From Vicinamibacteria bacterium (lineage in GTDB: Bacteria; Acidobacteriota; Vicinamibacteria; Marinacidobacterales; Marinacidobacteraceae), in the NCBI GenBank assembly GCA_964291235.2, contig OZ219816.1:1728001-1792000 (forward strand): 64,000 bases of DNA. Direction: 5' to 3'. Below, piece after piece: positions 1 through 8,659 of this stretch; position 1 is the stretch's first letter, and each line of letters begins with the position of its first letter. Under the pieces are notes generated by a model. The model saw nothing but the letters and a program-made list of their open reading frames with translations, was not told the origin of the DNA and ran no database searches. The translations under genes and the position numbers were made by a program.

Positions 1-672
1 GCCGGAATCCACCGGGTGGCGTGGGATCTGCGGTATCCGGACCCCGAGCGGGGCCCCATCGGCCCCTGGTCGCAGCGCGCCGGGCCACTCGCGATGCCGG
101 CGACCTACACCGCGGAACTCGTCCGGCGCGACGAAAACGGCGCGACCCGTCTCGGCGAGCCGCAGGCCTTCACCCCCAAGGTGCTCGCGGCAGCCGGCGT
201 ACCGCCGGTGGACGTGGAGGCCCGCCACGCCTTCCAGCGCGAGGTGGCGGATCTCCAGCGCCGGGTCTTCGGGGCGGTGTCGGCGCTCCGCGCGTCCATC
301 GAGCGGGTGGAAGCGCTGGCCGAGGCGATCGACGAGTCCGGCGCCGAGGGCGACCTGCGCTCCCAGGCGTCGGCCATCCGAACCGGACTGCTGGAGCTGC
401 GGGTCCGGTTCCTGGGCGATGACACGGTACGGTCCCGCCGGGAGGCGGTCCTTCCGGGGATCCGCGACCGCATCCAGCGGGTGGTGGGCGCCTTCTGGTC
501 CACCGCGGACCCGACCACGACCCACCGCCGCCAGGTAGAGATCGTCCAGGAACAGTTCGGCCCGGCGAACGCCGCACTGGTGGACCTGGTCGAAGTACAG
601 CTCGCGGGTCTCGAGGCCCAGGCCGACGCGGCAGGAGTTCCGTGGACGCCGGGCCGACGCATCCCACAGTAG
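1..672 (+). CDS. C-terminal part of a BNR/VPS10 glycosyl hydrolase-like protein (starts before the window), paralog of 1586..4825
   Basis: Frame open from base 1 (AGIHRVAWDLRY...WTPGRRIPQ*); colinear with the C-terminus of 1586..4825. Confidence 0.85.
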   Translation, partial: AGIHRVAWDLRYPDPERGPIGPWSQRAGPLAMPATYTAELVRRDENGATRLGEPQAFTPKVLAAAGVPPVDVEARHAFQREVADLQRRVFGAVSALRASIERVEALAEAIDESGAEGDLRSQASAIRTGLLELRVRFLGDDTVRSRREAVLPGIRDRIQRVVGAFWSTADPTTTHRRQVEIVQEQFGPANAALVDLVEVQLAGLEAQADAAGVPWTPGRRIPQ

Positions 673-788
673 GGGAGCAATCGGAAGCCCGCGAAAGGCG
701 AGTGGTCGGCCGCGATTGAGCGGGCGATGGACGCCTTCAACCGCCTGGCCGCGCGCTAACGAAGGAGACGCACCGGCAGCGATTCCGT

Positions 789-1226
789 TCAGTCAGCCCG
801 CAGCGGATTGCGCATCCGGATTCCCGGAAATCGGGCGAAGTCACGGTCCGCCGTCCAGAGTTCGCTCACTCCGTGCTCGTGAGCGAGCGCGGCAATGTGG
901 GCGTCGTGGACCAGGTTCCCGGTCGCGCGCCCACCATGCACCATGGAACGGAGATGCCGCGTGTGCGCCGTTCCCTCGCCCAACAGAACCAGCGAGGGCG
1001 AAGCGAGAAGCGATTCGACATCCGCGAGTGCCTTTTCCAGGTCGGTTGGGGGATCGAAGACGCGGTGGTGGGTAACCACTCGAAGGAATTCGTACACGCA
1101 GGGCCACGGCAGCGCCCAGGGCTCGTCACCGTTGGCGAGCCGGCTCAGAAGCCGGTGCGCGCGGGCGTGGTCCGGGAGTTCCTTGCGGTACGCATAGATC
1201 AACAGGTTGGTGTCCAGCGCGATCAA
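789..1226 (-). CDS. vapC: VapC PIN-domain toxin
   Basis: MIALDTNLLIYA start, YEFLRVVT, HDAHIAAL, TADRDF PIN motifs; overlaps the antitoxin stop. Confidence 0.92.
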   Translation of the reverse strand: MIALDTNLLIYAYRKELPDHARAHRLLSRLANGDEPWALPWPCVYEFLRVVTHHRVFDPPTDLEKALADVESLLASPSLVLLGEGTAHTRHLRSMVHGGRATGNLVHDAHIAALAHEHGVSELWTADRDFARFPGIRMRNPLRAD

Positions 1227-1459
1227 TCCCGTCCCTCCATCAGGTCGAAGAGAGCGTCACGATCGTCCAGCCGGACGCCCGGCCGCAACCGGCCGTGTTC
1301 GGGCCGCCACCGGAGGCGGTAGCCGGATCTCCGAGTGCCTCCCTCCAGATGGGAGCGAAGCGCCCGCTCCACCACCGCGCGCAGAGTCGTGCCCTCGCTA
1401 GCCGCGCGTTGCTTGGCGCTGCGAAGGAGTTCGTCGTTCAGGTCCATGGTAGTCCGCAT
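1223..1459 (-). CDS. vapB: VapB-type RHH antitoxin
   Basis: MRTTMDLNDELLRSAKQRAASEGTTLRAVVERALR; directly upstream of vapC; ATG at 1459 preferred to 1513. Confidence 0.88.
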   Translation of the reverse strand: MRTTMDLNDELLRSAKQRAASEGTTLRAVVERALRSHLEGGTRRSGYRLRWRPEHGRLRPGVRLDDRDALFDLMEGRD

Positions 1460-1460
1460 T

Positions 1461-1494
1461 GCATAAGAGCATATCAAATGATGCATAAATATGC
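1461..1494 (-). promoter_or_regulatory. Putative vapBC promoter/operator
   Basis: AT-rich patch with repeated GCATA and palindrome GCATA-AA-TATGC (1483-1494) just upstream of vapB. Confidence 0.45.
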
Positions 1495-1585
1495 CAATCC
1501 ATGATCCCCTCACCGAGACTTCGCAGCCAGCGGTACCCTAGAACCCGGTAACCGGATTCGACCTCCGGACACCCGGAGGCCCCCC

Positions 1586-4500
1586 ATGAACCGATCCCTT
1601 CGAACGACTCCCGTTCTCGTCGCGGCCGTCCTAATCGCGGCTGTCGCGACTCCCCAGGACGCCGAGACCCCGGCCATCACCGAGGACACCCTCTCCGGTC
1701 TGAAGCTGCGCGGCATCGGGCCCGCGTCACGGTCCGGCCGGATCGCCGACGTGACGATCGACCCGAACGACAAATCCACTTGGTACATGGCGGTCGCGTC
1801 CGGGAACGCCTTCAAGACCACGAACCGCGGCACCACCTGGGAGCCGATCTTCGACAACTACCCGGTCTATTCGACCTCAACGGTGGTCGTGGATCCCACG
1901 AATTCGAACGTCGTCTGGCTCGGGACGGGCGAGAACAACGGCCAGCGATCGGTGCCCTGGGGGAACGGCGTCTGGCGGAGCCGCGATGCGGGCGGCTCGT
2001 TCGAGCACCTGGGGCTCGACGAGTCGGAGCACATCGGGAAGATCGTGCTGGATCCCCGGGACACCGACACCGTGTACGTCGCCGCGCAGGGCCCGCTCTG
2101 GCGGTCCGGCGGTGACCGGGGCCTCTACAAGACCACCGACGGCGGGGAAAGCTGGGAGCGCGTCCTCTACATCTCGGAAGACACCGGGGTCAGCGACGTC
2201 GTCATCGACCCGAGGCATCCCGACACCGTCTATGCATCGGCCTGGCAGCGGCGGCGGCACACGGGCGTCCAGATCGCGGGCGGCCCCGAGGGAGGCATCC
2301 ACAAGTCCGAGGACGGCGGCGCCACCTGGCGGCAGCTCACCAAGGGGCTTCCCTCGGCGAGCCGCCACGACATCGGCCGCATCGGGCTCGGAATCTCGCC
2401 GCACAACCCCGACGTGGTCTACGCGCAGGTCGCGGCCACCGACGGTCAGCGCGGGTTCTACGCCTCGACCGACCGCGGCGAGAGCTGGGAAAAGCGAAGC
2501 GAATACTTCCCGACGGACCCGCAGTACTACATGGAGTTCTTCCCGGATCCGCACCGCCCGGGCCGGCTCTACTCCATGGACACCTTCTCGCGCGTTTCCG
2601 ACGACGACGGCAGGACCTGGCGGCGGATCGAGATGGAGTGGATCCACGTGGACCACCACGACCTCGAGTTCGACCCCGACGACCCGGACTACCTGATGAT
2701 CAGCACCGACGGCGGTCTCTACGAGAGCTGGGACCTCGGCAAGAACTGGAAGTACCACGCCAACCAGGCGATCACCCAGTTCTACCGCGTCGGCATCGAC
2801 AACGCCTTCCCGTTCTACCGGGTCTATGGCGGGACCCAGGACAACGCCACCATGGCGGGTCCCTCGCGCACCGTCAACGTGCACGGCATCATGAACAGCG
2901 ACTGGGTGGACGTGCTGGGCGGCGACGGTTTCCAGGCCCGGGTGGATCCCGAGGACCCCAACATCGTCTATGCGCAGTACCAGTACGCCGGGATCGTCCG
3001 CTTCGATCATCGGACCGGGGAACGGACAGAAATCCAGCCGCAGCCGGAACCCGACGACCCGCCGCTGAAGTGGAACTGGGACTCGCCGCTGATCATTTCC
3101 CCGCACGACAACAAGCGGCTCTACTTCGGCGCCAACCGGCTCTACCGGAGCAACGACGGGGCGAACACCTGGACTCCGGTGAGTGACGACCTCACCCGCG
3201 GGATCGACCGCAACCAGCGTCTGGTCATGGGCCGGACCTGGAGCGTGGACGCCATCTGGCGCAACCGCGCCACCTCGACCTACGGCAACATGGTGGCGCT
3301 CGACGAATCACGCTTCGCCGAGGGCCTGCTCTACACCGGGATGGACGACGGGCGCATCCAGATTACCGGCGACGGCGGACTCGAGTGGCGGACCGTGGAC
3401 GTGGTCCCCGGCGTGCCCGAATTCACCTACGTGGCGGACCTCCACACCTCGCGCCACCGCGAGAACACCGTGTTCGCGGTCTTCAACAACCACAAGCAGG
3501 GGGACTTCAAGCCCTACGTGGTCCGAAGCGACGACCGGGGCGTGACCTGGCAGGACATCACCGGCGACCTTCCCGAGGACCAGCTCGCCTGGACCATCGT
3601 GGAGGACCACGAGCGGCAGGGGCTGCTCTTCCTCGGCACCGAGTTCGGCCTCTACGTCAGCCTCGACGACGGCGAACACTGGGTCCGGCTCAAGGGCGGC
3701 CTGCCGACCATCGCGATCCGGGACCTCGAGGTGCAGGAGCGCGAGAACGACCTCGTCCTGGCGTCGTTCGGGAGGAGCTTTTTCATCCTCGACGACTACA
3801 CCCCGCTGCGGCACCTCTCGGCCGAGATGCTGGCCGCGGAAGGCGCGGTGTTCCCGGTGAAGGACCCCTGGATGTACATCGAGGCGAACCCGCTCGGCGG
3901 CCGGGGGAAATCCCAGCGCGGGGCCGCTTTCTACACCGCGCCGAACCCACCGTTCGGAGCGGTGGTGACCTACCATCTGAAGGAGAGCGTTCTGAGCCTG
4001 AGGGACCAGCGGCGGGAGCGCGAGCGAGCCCAGGCGGCCGCCGGCGAACCGCTCCCCTACCCTGGCTGGGACGAACTGCGGGCGGAGGACCGCACCGAGG
4101 ATCCCGCGGTCTTCGTGTTGATCCGGAATGCGGAGGGCGAGGTGGTCCGCCGCCTCGAGGCGCCGAAGACCAAGGGAATCCACCGGGTGGCCTGGGACCT
4201 CCGGTATCCCGACGCGGCCGGCGGAGGGCGCGGGGGCCCGCTCGCGATGCCGGCGACCTACACCGCGGAACTGGTGCGGCGGGACGAGAACGGGACCACC
4301 CGGCTCGGCGAGCCGCAGTCCTTCACCCCGAAAGTGCTGGCCCGGGCGGGCGTCCCCGAGGGAGACGCCGAGGCGCGCCACGCCTTCCAACGGGAGGTCG
4401 CGTCGCTCCAGCGGCAGGTATTCGGCGCGGTGTCGGCGCTCCAGGCGTCCATCGAGCGGGTGGAAGCGCTGGCCGAGGCGATCGATGAATCCGGAGCGAG

Positions 4501-4825
4501 CGACGAGCTGCGGTCCCAGGCGTCGGCGATCCGGGCCGGGCTTCTCGACCTCAGGGTCCGCTTCCTCGCCGATGACACCGTCCGCGCCCGCAGCGAAGCC
4601 ACCCTCCCCGGCATCCGCCAGCGCATCCAGCGAGTGGTCGGGGCGTTCTGGTCCATGGCCGACCCGACGAACACTCACCGGCGTCAAGCCGAAATCGTGC
4701 GGGAGGAGTTCGCGACCGCCAACGCGGAACTGGTCAACCTCGTGGAGGTCCAACTCGCCGGCCTCGAGGCCGAAGCGGACGCCGCGGGTGTCCCCTGGAC
4801 CCCGGGACGCAGGATCCCGCGCTGA
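1586..4825 (+). CDS. Secreted BNR/VPS10-repeat glycosyl hydrolase-like protein
   Basis: Signal peptide; many Asp-box repeats (KTTDGGESW, SEDGGATW, SDDRGVTW); GGTQDN motif. Confidence 0.9.
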   Translation: MNRSLRTTPVLVAAVLIAAVATPQDAETPAITEDTLSGLKLRGIGPASRSGRIADVTIDPNDKSTWYMAVASGNAFKTTNRGTTWEPIFDNYPVYSTSTVVVDPTNSNVVWLGTGENNGQRSVPWGNGVWRSRDAGGSFEHLGLDESEHIGKIVLDPRDTDTVYVAAQGPLWRSGGDRGLYKTTDGGESWERVLYISEDTGVSDVVIDPRHPDTVYASAWQRRRHTGVQIAGGPEGGIHKSEDGGATWRQLTKGLPSASRHDIGRIGLGISPHNPDVVYAQVAATDGQRGFYASTDRGESWEKRSEYFPTDPQYYMEFFPDPHRPGRLYSMDTFSRVSDDDGRTWRRIEMEWIHVDHHDLEFDPDDPDYLMISTDGGLYESWDLGKNWKYHANQAITQFYRVGIDNAFPFYRVYGGTQDNATMAGPSRTVNVHGIMNSDWVDVLGGDGFQARVDPEDPNIVYAQYQYAGIVRFDHRTGERTEIQPQPEPDDPPLKWNWDSPLIISPHDNKRLYFGANRLYRSNDGANTWTPVSDDLTRGIDRNQRLVMGRTWSVDAIWRNRATSTYGNMVALDESRFAEGLLYTGMDDGRIQITGDGGLEWRTVDVVPGVPEFTYVADLHTSRHRENTVFAVFNNHKQGDFKPYVVRSDDRGVTWQDITGDLPEDQLAWTIVEDHERQGLLFLGTEFGLYVSLDDGEHWVRLKGGLPTIAIRDLEVQERENDLVLASFGRSFFILDDYTPLRHLSAEMLAAEGAVFPVKDPWMYIEANPLGGRGKSQRGAAFYTAPNPPFGAVVTYHLKESVLSLRDQRRERERAQAAAGEPLPYPGWDELRAEDRTEDPAVFVLIRNAEGEVVRRLEAPKTKGIHRVAWDLRYPDAAGGGRGGPLAMPATYTAELVRRDENGTTRLGEPQSFTPKVLARAGVPEGDAEARHAFQREVASLQRQVFGAVSALQASIERVEALAEAIDESGASDELRSQASAIRAGLLDLRVRFLADDTVRARSEATLPGIRQRIQRVVGAFWSMADPTNTHRRQAEIVREEFATANAELVNLVEVQLAGLEAEADAAGVPWTPGRRIPR

Positions 4826-4934
4826 ACGAAGCGCACCGAATCGCAAGCCGGGCGGGGACGAACCGGATGGAAGAGATCGACCGCCGGGCGCTCGGTGAGG
4901 CGATGTGCCCGCCCGCTACCGCGCGCCTCGTCGG

Positions 4935-5159
4935 CTATTGCGCGTCATGCAGAACAAGGCCCGGAACACGATCGAAATCCCTCCGGTTTCGGGTCGCCAG
5001 CACCATCGAACGAGTCATGGCGGTCGCGCCGATCAGCGTGTCCGGAAGGCGGAGTCCGGTCTCCCGGCGAATCCGCCCCGCACGCTCGGCGATCTCTCGA
5101 TCCACGGTTAGTTCACCCAGCGGAGCCAGCAAGGGCTCGCCGGGTGGGTCGGCAGCCTC
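4935..5159 (-). pseudogene. vapC: C-terminal half of a split vapC
   Basis: LLAPLGELTVDREIAERAGRIRRETGLRLPDTLIGATA...ATRNRRDF; lacks N-terminal VDTD motif; upstream in-frame stop at 5172-5174. Confidence 0.8.
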
Positions 5160-5192
5160 GTTCGGGCGTGCTCAGCGAGCGGGCGGTTGATA

Positions 5193-6305
5193 TCAGACGG
5201 CTCCGGACAGCACCAGGAACACGTAGCCCTTCGCCTGCCGGAGTTGGTTGCCGGAAATGACCAGCTTGATGTGGTGAATGCCGCGTAGCAGCACGTAGCG
5301 GCCGGACTTCGCAAAGAGGGTTGTCGGTTTCGAAACCCAGTCGGCCAGCGCTGTCAGCTTCTCCGAGACTACGAGATCCTCATGGCTCAGGGCTTTCAGG
5401 AACGGTTCCCAATCGGTGAGGCCGTCGAGCCAATAGCGTGAACTCTTGGTGTATCGCTGCTTGACGATGAGCGTCAGGCCGAGTGTCGGACCGACGCCCT
5501 CTTCCTGCAAGTCAATGTTCACCCCGGTTCGGACCACGTTCGCGCGTTCCTCGAAGCGCTGAATCACCGCTTCGACGGCCGCGAGCTGGCCTGGCCAGCC
5601 CGTGCTTTCGAGGTACGACCCTACTTCCCGCTGCGATTGGAAGCCCATGACCGCCAAGCGGATCGCCCGTGAGCGGGACGGGAATACGCCGAACGAGTCC
5701 ATGCGAGTGTCTTCCGGCTGCGCCAGGTAAACGCGTTCGACGTTCGCCCGTTCGGCGTCACGCAGCTCCCAGCCGACGCCGGAGACGAGCGCGCCAACCA
5801 CGGTAACGGCGTCGTGTCCCTGACCGCGGGCGCCCATTATGGGTCGTTCGCCGGGCCGCAGGAATATTCCTGGAAGCGAGCCCTGACCGTCCCGAGCGGA
5901 GCCGATGTCATGTTCCAGCATCAGCTTGCGGCCCACGATCGCACGCAGGGGGGAGTCTTCCGCATCCATCCGGCGGAACAATCGCCCGATCACTCTTGCG
6001 GTCTCATCGGCAGGATCGGTCCGTTCGCGCTCCCGGAAAAACGCCGCCGTCCTGGTTCCGCTCGCGAGGGAGACGCCGAGATCCGCTCTTGGCTCCGGCG
6101 CATGCAGCGGCAGCTCGAAGCCGAACGGCAAGGCGCCCATCGTGATCGGAAGTTCCCGGGCGCGCTCGAGCACGAGGCCCCATTCCGGATCGCCGATAAG
6201 AACCGGCGAGATCCTGTTTCGGAAATGCCCGAGCAGTTCGCACATGGTGCCGCCTTCCTCGGCGAGACGATCCTCGGTGAGGGTGACTGCCTGGTCAAGT
6301 TTCAT
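5193..6305 (-). CDS. Cluster-associated protein, putative ABBA/PT-barrel prenyltransferase-like
   Basis: Last gene of operon; paralog of 23865..25001 (PFGFELPL, RKLMLE, RGIHHIK, KxY). Fold is inferred from five beta-hairpin-like motif pairs. Confidence 0.55.
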   Translation of the reverse strand: MKLDQAVTLTEDRLAEEGGTMCELLGHFRNRISPVLIGDPEWGLVLERARELPITMGALPFGFELPLHAPEPRADLGVSLASGTRTAAFFRERERTDPADETARVIGRLFRRMDAEDSPLRAIVGRKLMLEHDIGSARDGQGSLPGIFLRPGERPIMGARGQGHDAVTVVGALVSGVGWELRDAERANVERVYLAQPEDTRMDSFGVFPSRSRAIRLAVMGFQSQREVGSYLESTGWPGQLAAVEAVIQRFEERANVVRTGVNIDLQEEGVGPTLGLTLIVKQRYTKSSRYWLDGLTDWEPFLKALSHEDLVVSEKLTALADWVSKPTTLFAKSGRYVLLRGIHHIKLVISGNQLRQAKGYVFLVLSGAV

Positions 6306-6314
6306 GTTGCGTCC

Positions 6315-8657
6315 TCACGCGATCACGGGTGCGGGATTCAGATCGGCTTCGGCGAGAGGGTGGTTGCGATGGCCCATCCTGACGGGCACGTCGTAGAGAC
6401 GGCCGGGGGCGAATCGTGCCCAGAAGTGCCGCATTCCGGGCACGATGACCCGCGCCACGGGCATACCGATGTCGGGCCGGGTCTGATCCAGCACCAGCAA
6501 CTCCATGCCCTTCGCTTCGACGAGCGCACGGCAGTTCTCCACATCGTCGCGCGTGTCTGCCGTTTCGATCGCCGCATACCGCGAAGCCTTGCACTGCGGT
6601 GCGTCAGCCGGCGCCAGCCAGGAACAATCGGCGAGACGAGCGGTTTTCCACCACCAAAGCGCCAGTGGGTCATCAATCGCGGGCCGGCCGTCTCTGCTCC
6701 CCGGCCGTGGCAGCCAGGTAAGGCATTGGTTCAGTTCGCACATCGCCCGCAGCGCCGCGATGCGCGGGTCGGCGTGGGCGCCGGCGCCGTAGATGATGTC
6801 CTCGGTCTGGCCCTCCGGCCTGCGCGAGAGCGCGACGAAGGTGGGAATGCCTATATCGGAGGTGACGTCGAGCATCCACACGTCCCGCTCGTAGCGGGCG
6901 TAGTGCTCTGGGGCCGATGCGAGGTAATCGTCGTCGAAGGTGGCGAGATCGACCGCCGGGGCCCGCAGCCGGTTGTACCACCAGATTGCGAACGCATCGC
7001 GCTCTACCAGTTCATAAAAGCCCTGCAGGACGGCTTCTTCCAGGGTATTGCCGGCAGCGCAGCCGTTCGAATCGGCGATCAGGTCCGCAGGGCCGCGCCG
7101 TTCGGCGGGCATGCTGTAGAGCATGGACGTCGGCAGATAGCGATGCCGCTGCTGCGTCAGCGACCACGCCGGTGTCCAGTCGATTTCGGCGTCGGGATCG
7201 AGACGCTGCGGGACGATGTTGTACGGATGACCCTTCGCGTTGATGCTTGCGGCATTGTCGAACTGATGGTCGCTGAACAATTGCGCGTCGTTGGGATGGA
7301 TGGCCTCGCCGCCCGCGAACTCCCTGAACCGCCTCCGCAGGCGGATCTCATCTCCACTGCACGCGCCCGAATGGCGTTCGACCGCTTCGCAGAGCGCGCT
7401 GACCCTGGATTGCTCCCGAGTGGCGCCCTTGCCGGCGCTCTTGCTCCGGAGGCTGCGCCGGAGCGAACTCAGGGTTCGGCTTCTCACGCCGAGATTGCTG
7501 CCGGCCCAATAGACGTGCAGCCACGAATCGTTCTCATCGGTGGTGCGCGACAGCCAGGTCACGACCCCACTGATCGGGCTCACCAGGTGGCGGTATTTCG
7601 CCAGCGTGACTTCCGGCGACACGGTGCGTGCGCCGCCGCTGTTGCGGTGAGCCTTGGGACTCGCTTTGAGAGACAGCGGCACCGGAAGCCGGTCCGGCCG
7701 ATGGAGCGCTTCGTCGCCACAGGCCGGGCACTGCGGCCGGCGCACTACGGGGTGTTGCGAACTCGTGAAGGTGCCGACGTTCATGGCAATCGCGTGTTCG
7801 TGAATCGGGGCCGCGTCCTCCAGCACGAGCCACTTGACGATTTCGGCCGCGATCAGCCGGTAGAGCGCCTCCAGAACCGCGGGCTGGGCCGCGAACGGCT
7901 TGAAGGCCGCCTGGTCGCCGGCAATGTTGCGCAGAAAACCGTGGACCTCCTGATGGCTTCCCAGCCGGTACGCCAGACAGTCCCAGCAGGGTCCTTGTTC
8001 GCCCGCGTGAAAGACGGGGCCGAACAGCGCCTCCATGCCACGCGGCCGCACCAGCGTCCACGCCGCTTTCGCCTCGAGCTGGCGCCGATTCACTGCTGCA
8101 AGGTGCGTCTCGAGGTAGTCCTCGCAAACGATGACGGTGAGCGTGGGATCGGTAGTCCCCACGACGGCGCCGCCCTCCTCGAGATGCCGAATGAACTGGC
8201 TCTCGTCACCGTTGACCGCGATGCGCGATTCCGCCAGCCGCCTTTCGACCCAGCGCGGGGATGCGCCGAGCGACGACCAATAGGCGGCCCGGCGGCGGTC
8301 CATGCCGTGATCGGCAGAAACGACATAACCCTTGGCCGAAAGCGACCCAAGGGCCGAGAAGACCTCGGAGGCGGCATGGACGCCCTCCACGGCGGCGACG
8401 ATCGCATCCAGCGGGTGCTGACCATCGAGGAGCGGTAGCAGGTTGCAATACAGCTTGCCGTGCAGCAGGGTGTTGAAGGTTTCGGAAACCAGCAGCGTCT
8501 GCTGGTCGCCAATCTGGTGAAACCGGAGGTGCGGTGCGAGAGCAGGAAGCTTGACCAGTCCCCGGTCCGCGGAGGTTCTTCGCGGCAGGATTCCGGGCCG
8601 GGAATTCGTGTCCGTATGCCTTGCCAGCGGGGACTTCCGCGCCGAATCAGCCGGCAT
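6315..8657 (-). CDS. srpC: Fused RRE/E1-like-YcaO cyclodehydratase (TOMM C-D fusion)
   Basis: PCWDCL and PQCPACG; SAGKG, ALCEAVER, SNGCAAG, ELVERDA; Pro-rich end LNPAPVIA. Start ATG 8657 just after upstream stop. Symbol by analogy to the srp cluster. Confidence 0.92.
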   Translation of the reverse strand: MPADSARKSPLARHTDTNSRPGILPRRTSADRGLVKLPALAPHLRFHQIGDQQTLLVSETFNTLLHGKLYCNLLPLLDGQHPLDAIVAAVEGVHAASEVFSALGSLSAKGYVVSADHGMDRRRAAYWSSLGASPRWVERRLAESRIAVNGDESQFIRHLEEGGAVVGTTDPTLTVIVCEDYLETHLAAVNRRQLEAKAAWTLVRPRGMEALFGPVFHAGEQGPCWDCLAYRLGSHQEVHGFLRNIAGDQAAFKPFAAQPAVLEALYRLIAAEIVKWLVLEDAAPIHEHAIAMNVGTFTSSQHPVVRRPQCPACGDEALHRPDRLPVPLSLKASPKAHRNSGGARTVSPEVTLAKYRHLVSPISGVVTWLSRTTDENDSWLHVYWAGSNLGVRSRTLSSLRRSLRSKSAGKGATREQSRVSALCEAVERHSGACSGDEIRLRRRFREFAGGEAIHPNDAQLFSDHQFDNAASINAKGHPYNIVPQRLDPDAEIDWTPAWSLTQQRHRYLPTSMLYSMPAERRGPADLIADSNGCAAGNTLEEAVLQGFYELVERDAFAIWWYNRLRAPAVDLATFDDDYLASAPEHYARYERDVWMLDVTSDIGIPTFVALSRRPEGQTEDIIYGAGAHADPRIAALRAMCELNQCLTWLPRPGSRDGRPAIDDPLALWWWKTARLADCSWLAPADAPQCKASRYAAIETADTRDDVENCRALVEAKGMELLVLDQTRPDIGMPVARVIVPGMRHFWARFAPGRLYDVPVRMGHRNHPLAEADLNPAPVIA

Positions 8658-8659
8658 TC

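Noticed and set aside
695-760. Short frame EWSAAIERAMDAFNRLAAR* as a gene remnant
   Set aside because: Too short to assign without a search.
5814-8438. 874-aa plus-strand ORF (and similar long antisense ORFs at 25131, 33858, 42066, 45686)
   Set aside because: Antisense shadows of motif-bearing genes in high-GC DNA; no recognisable motifs.
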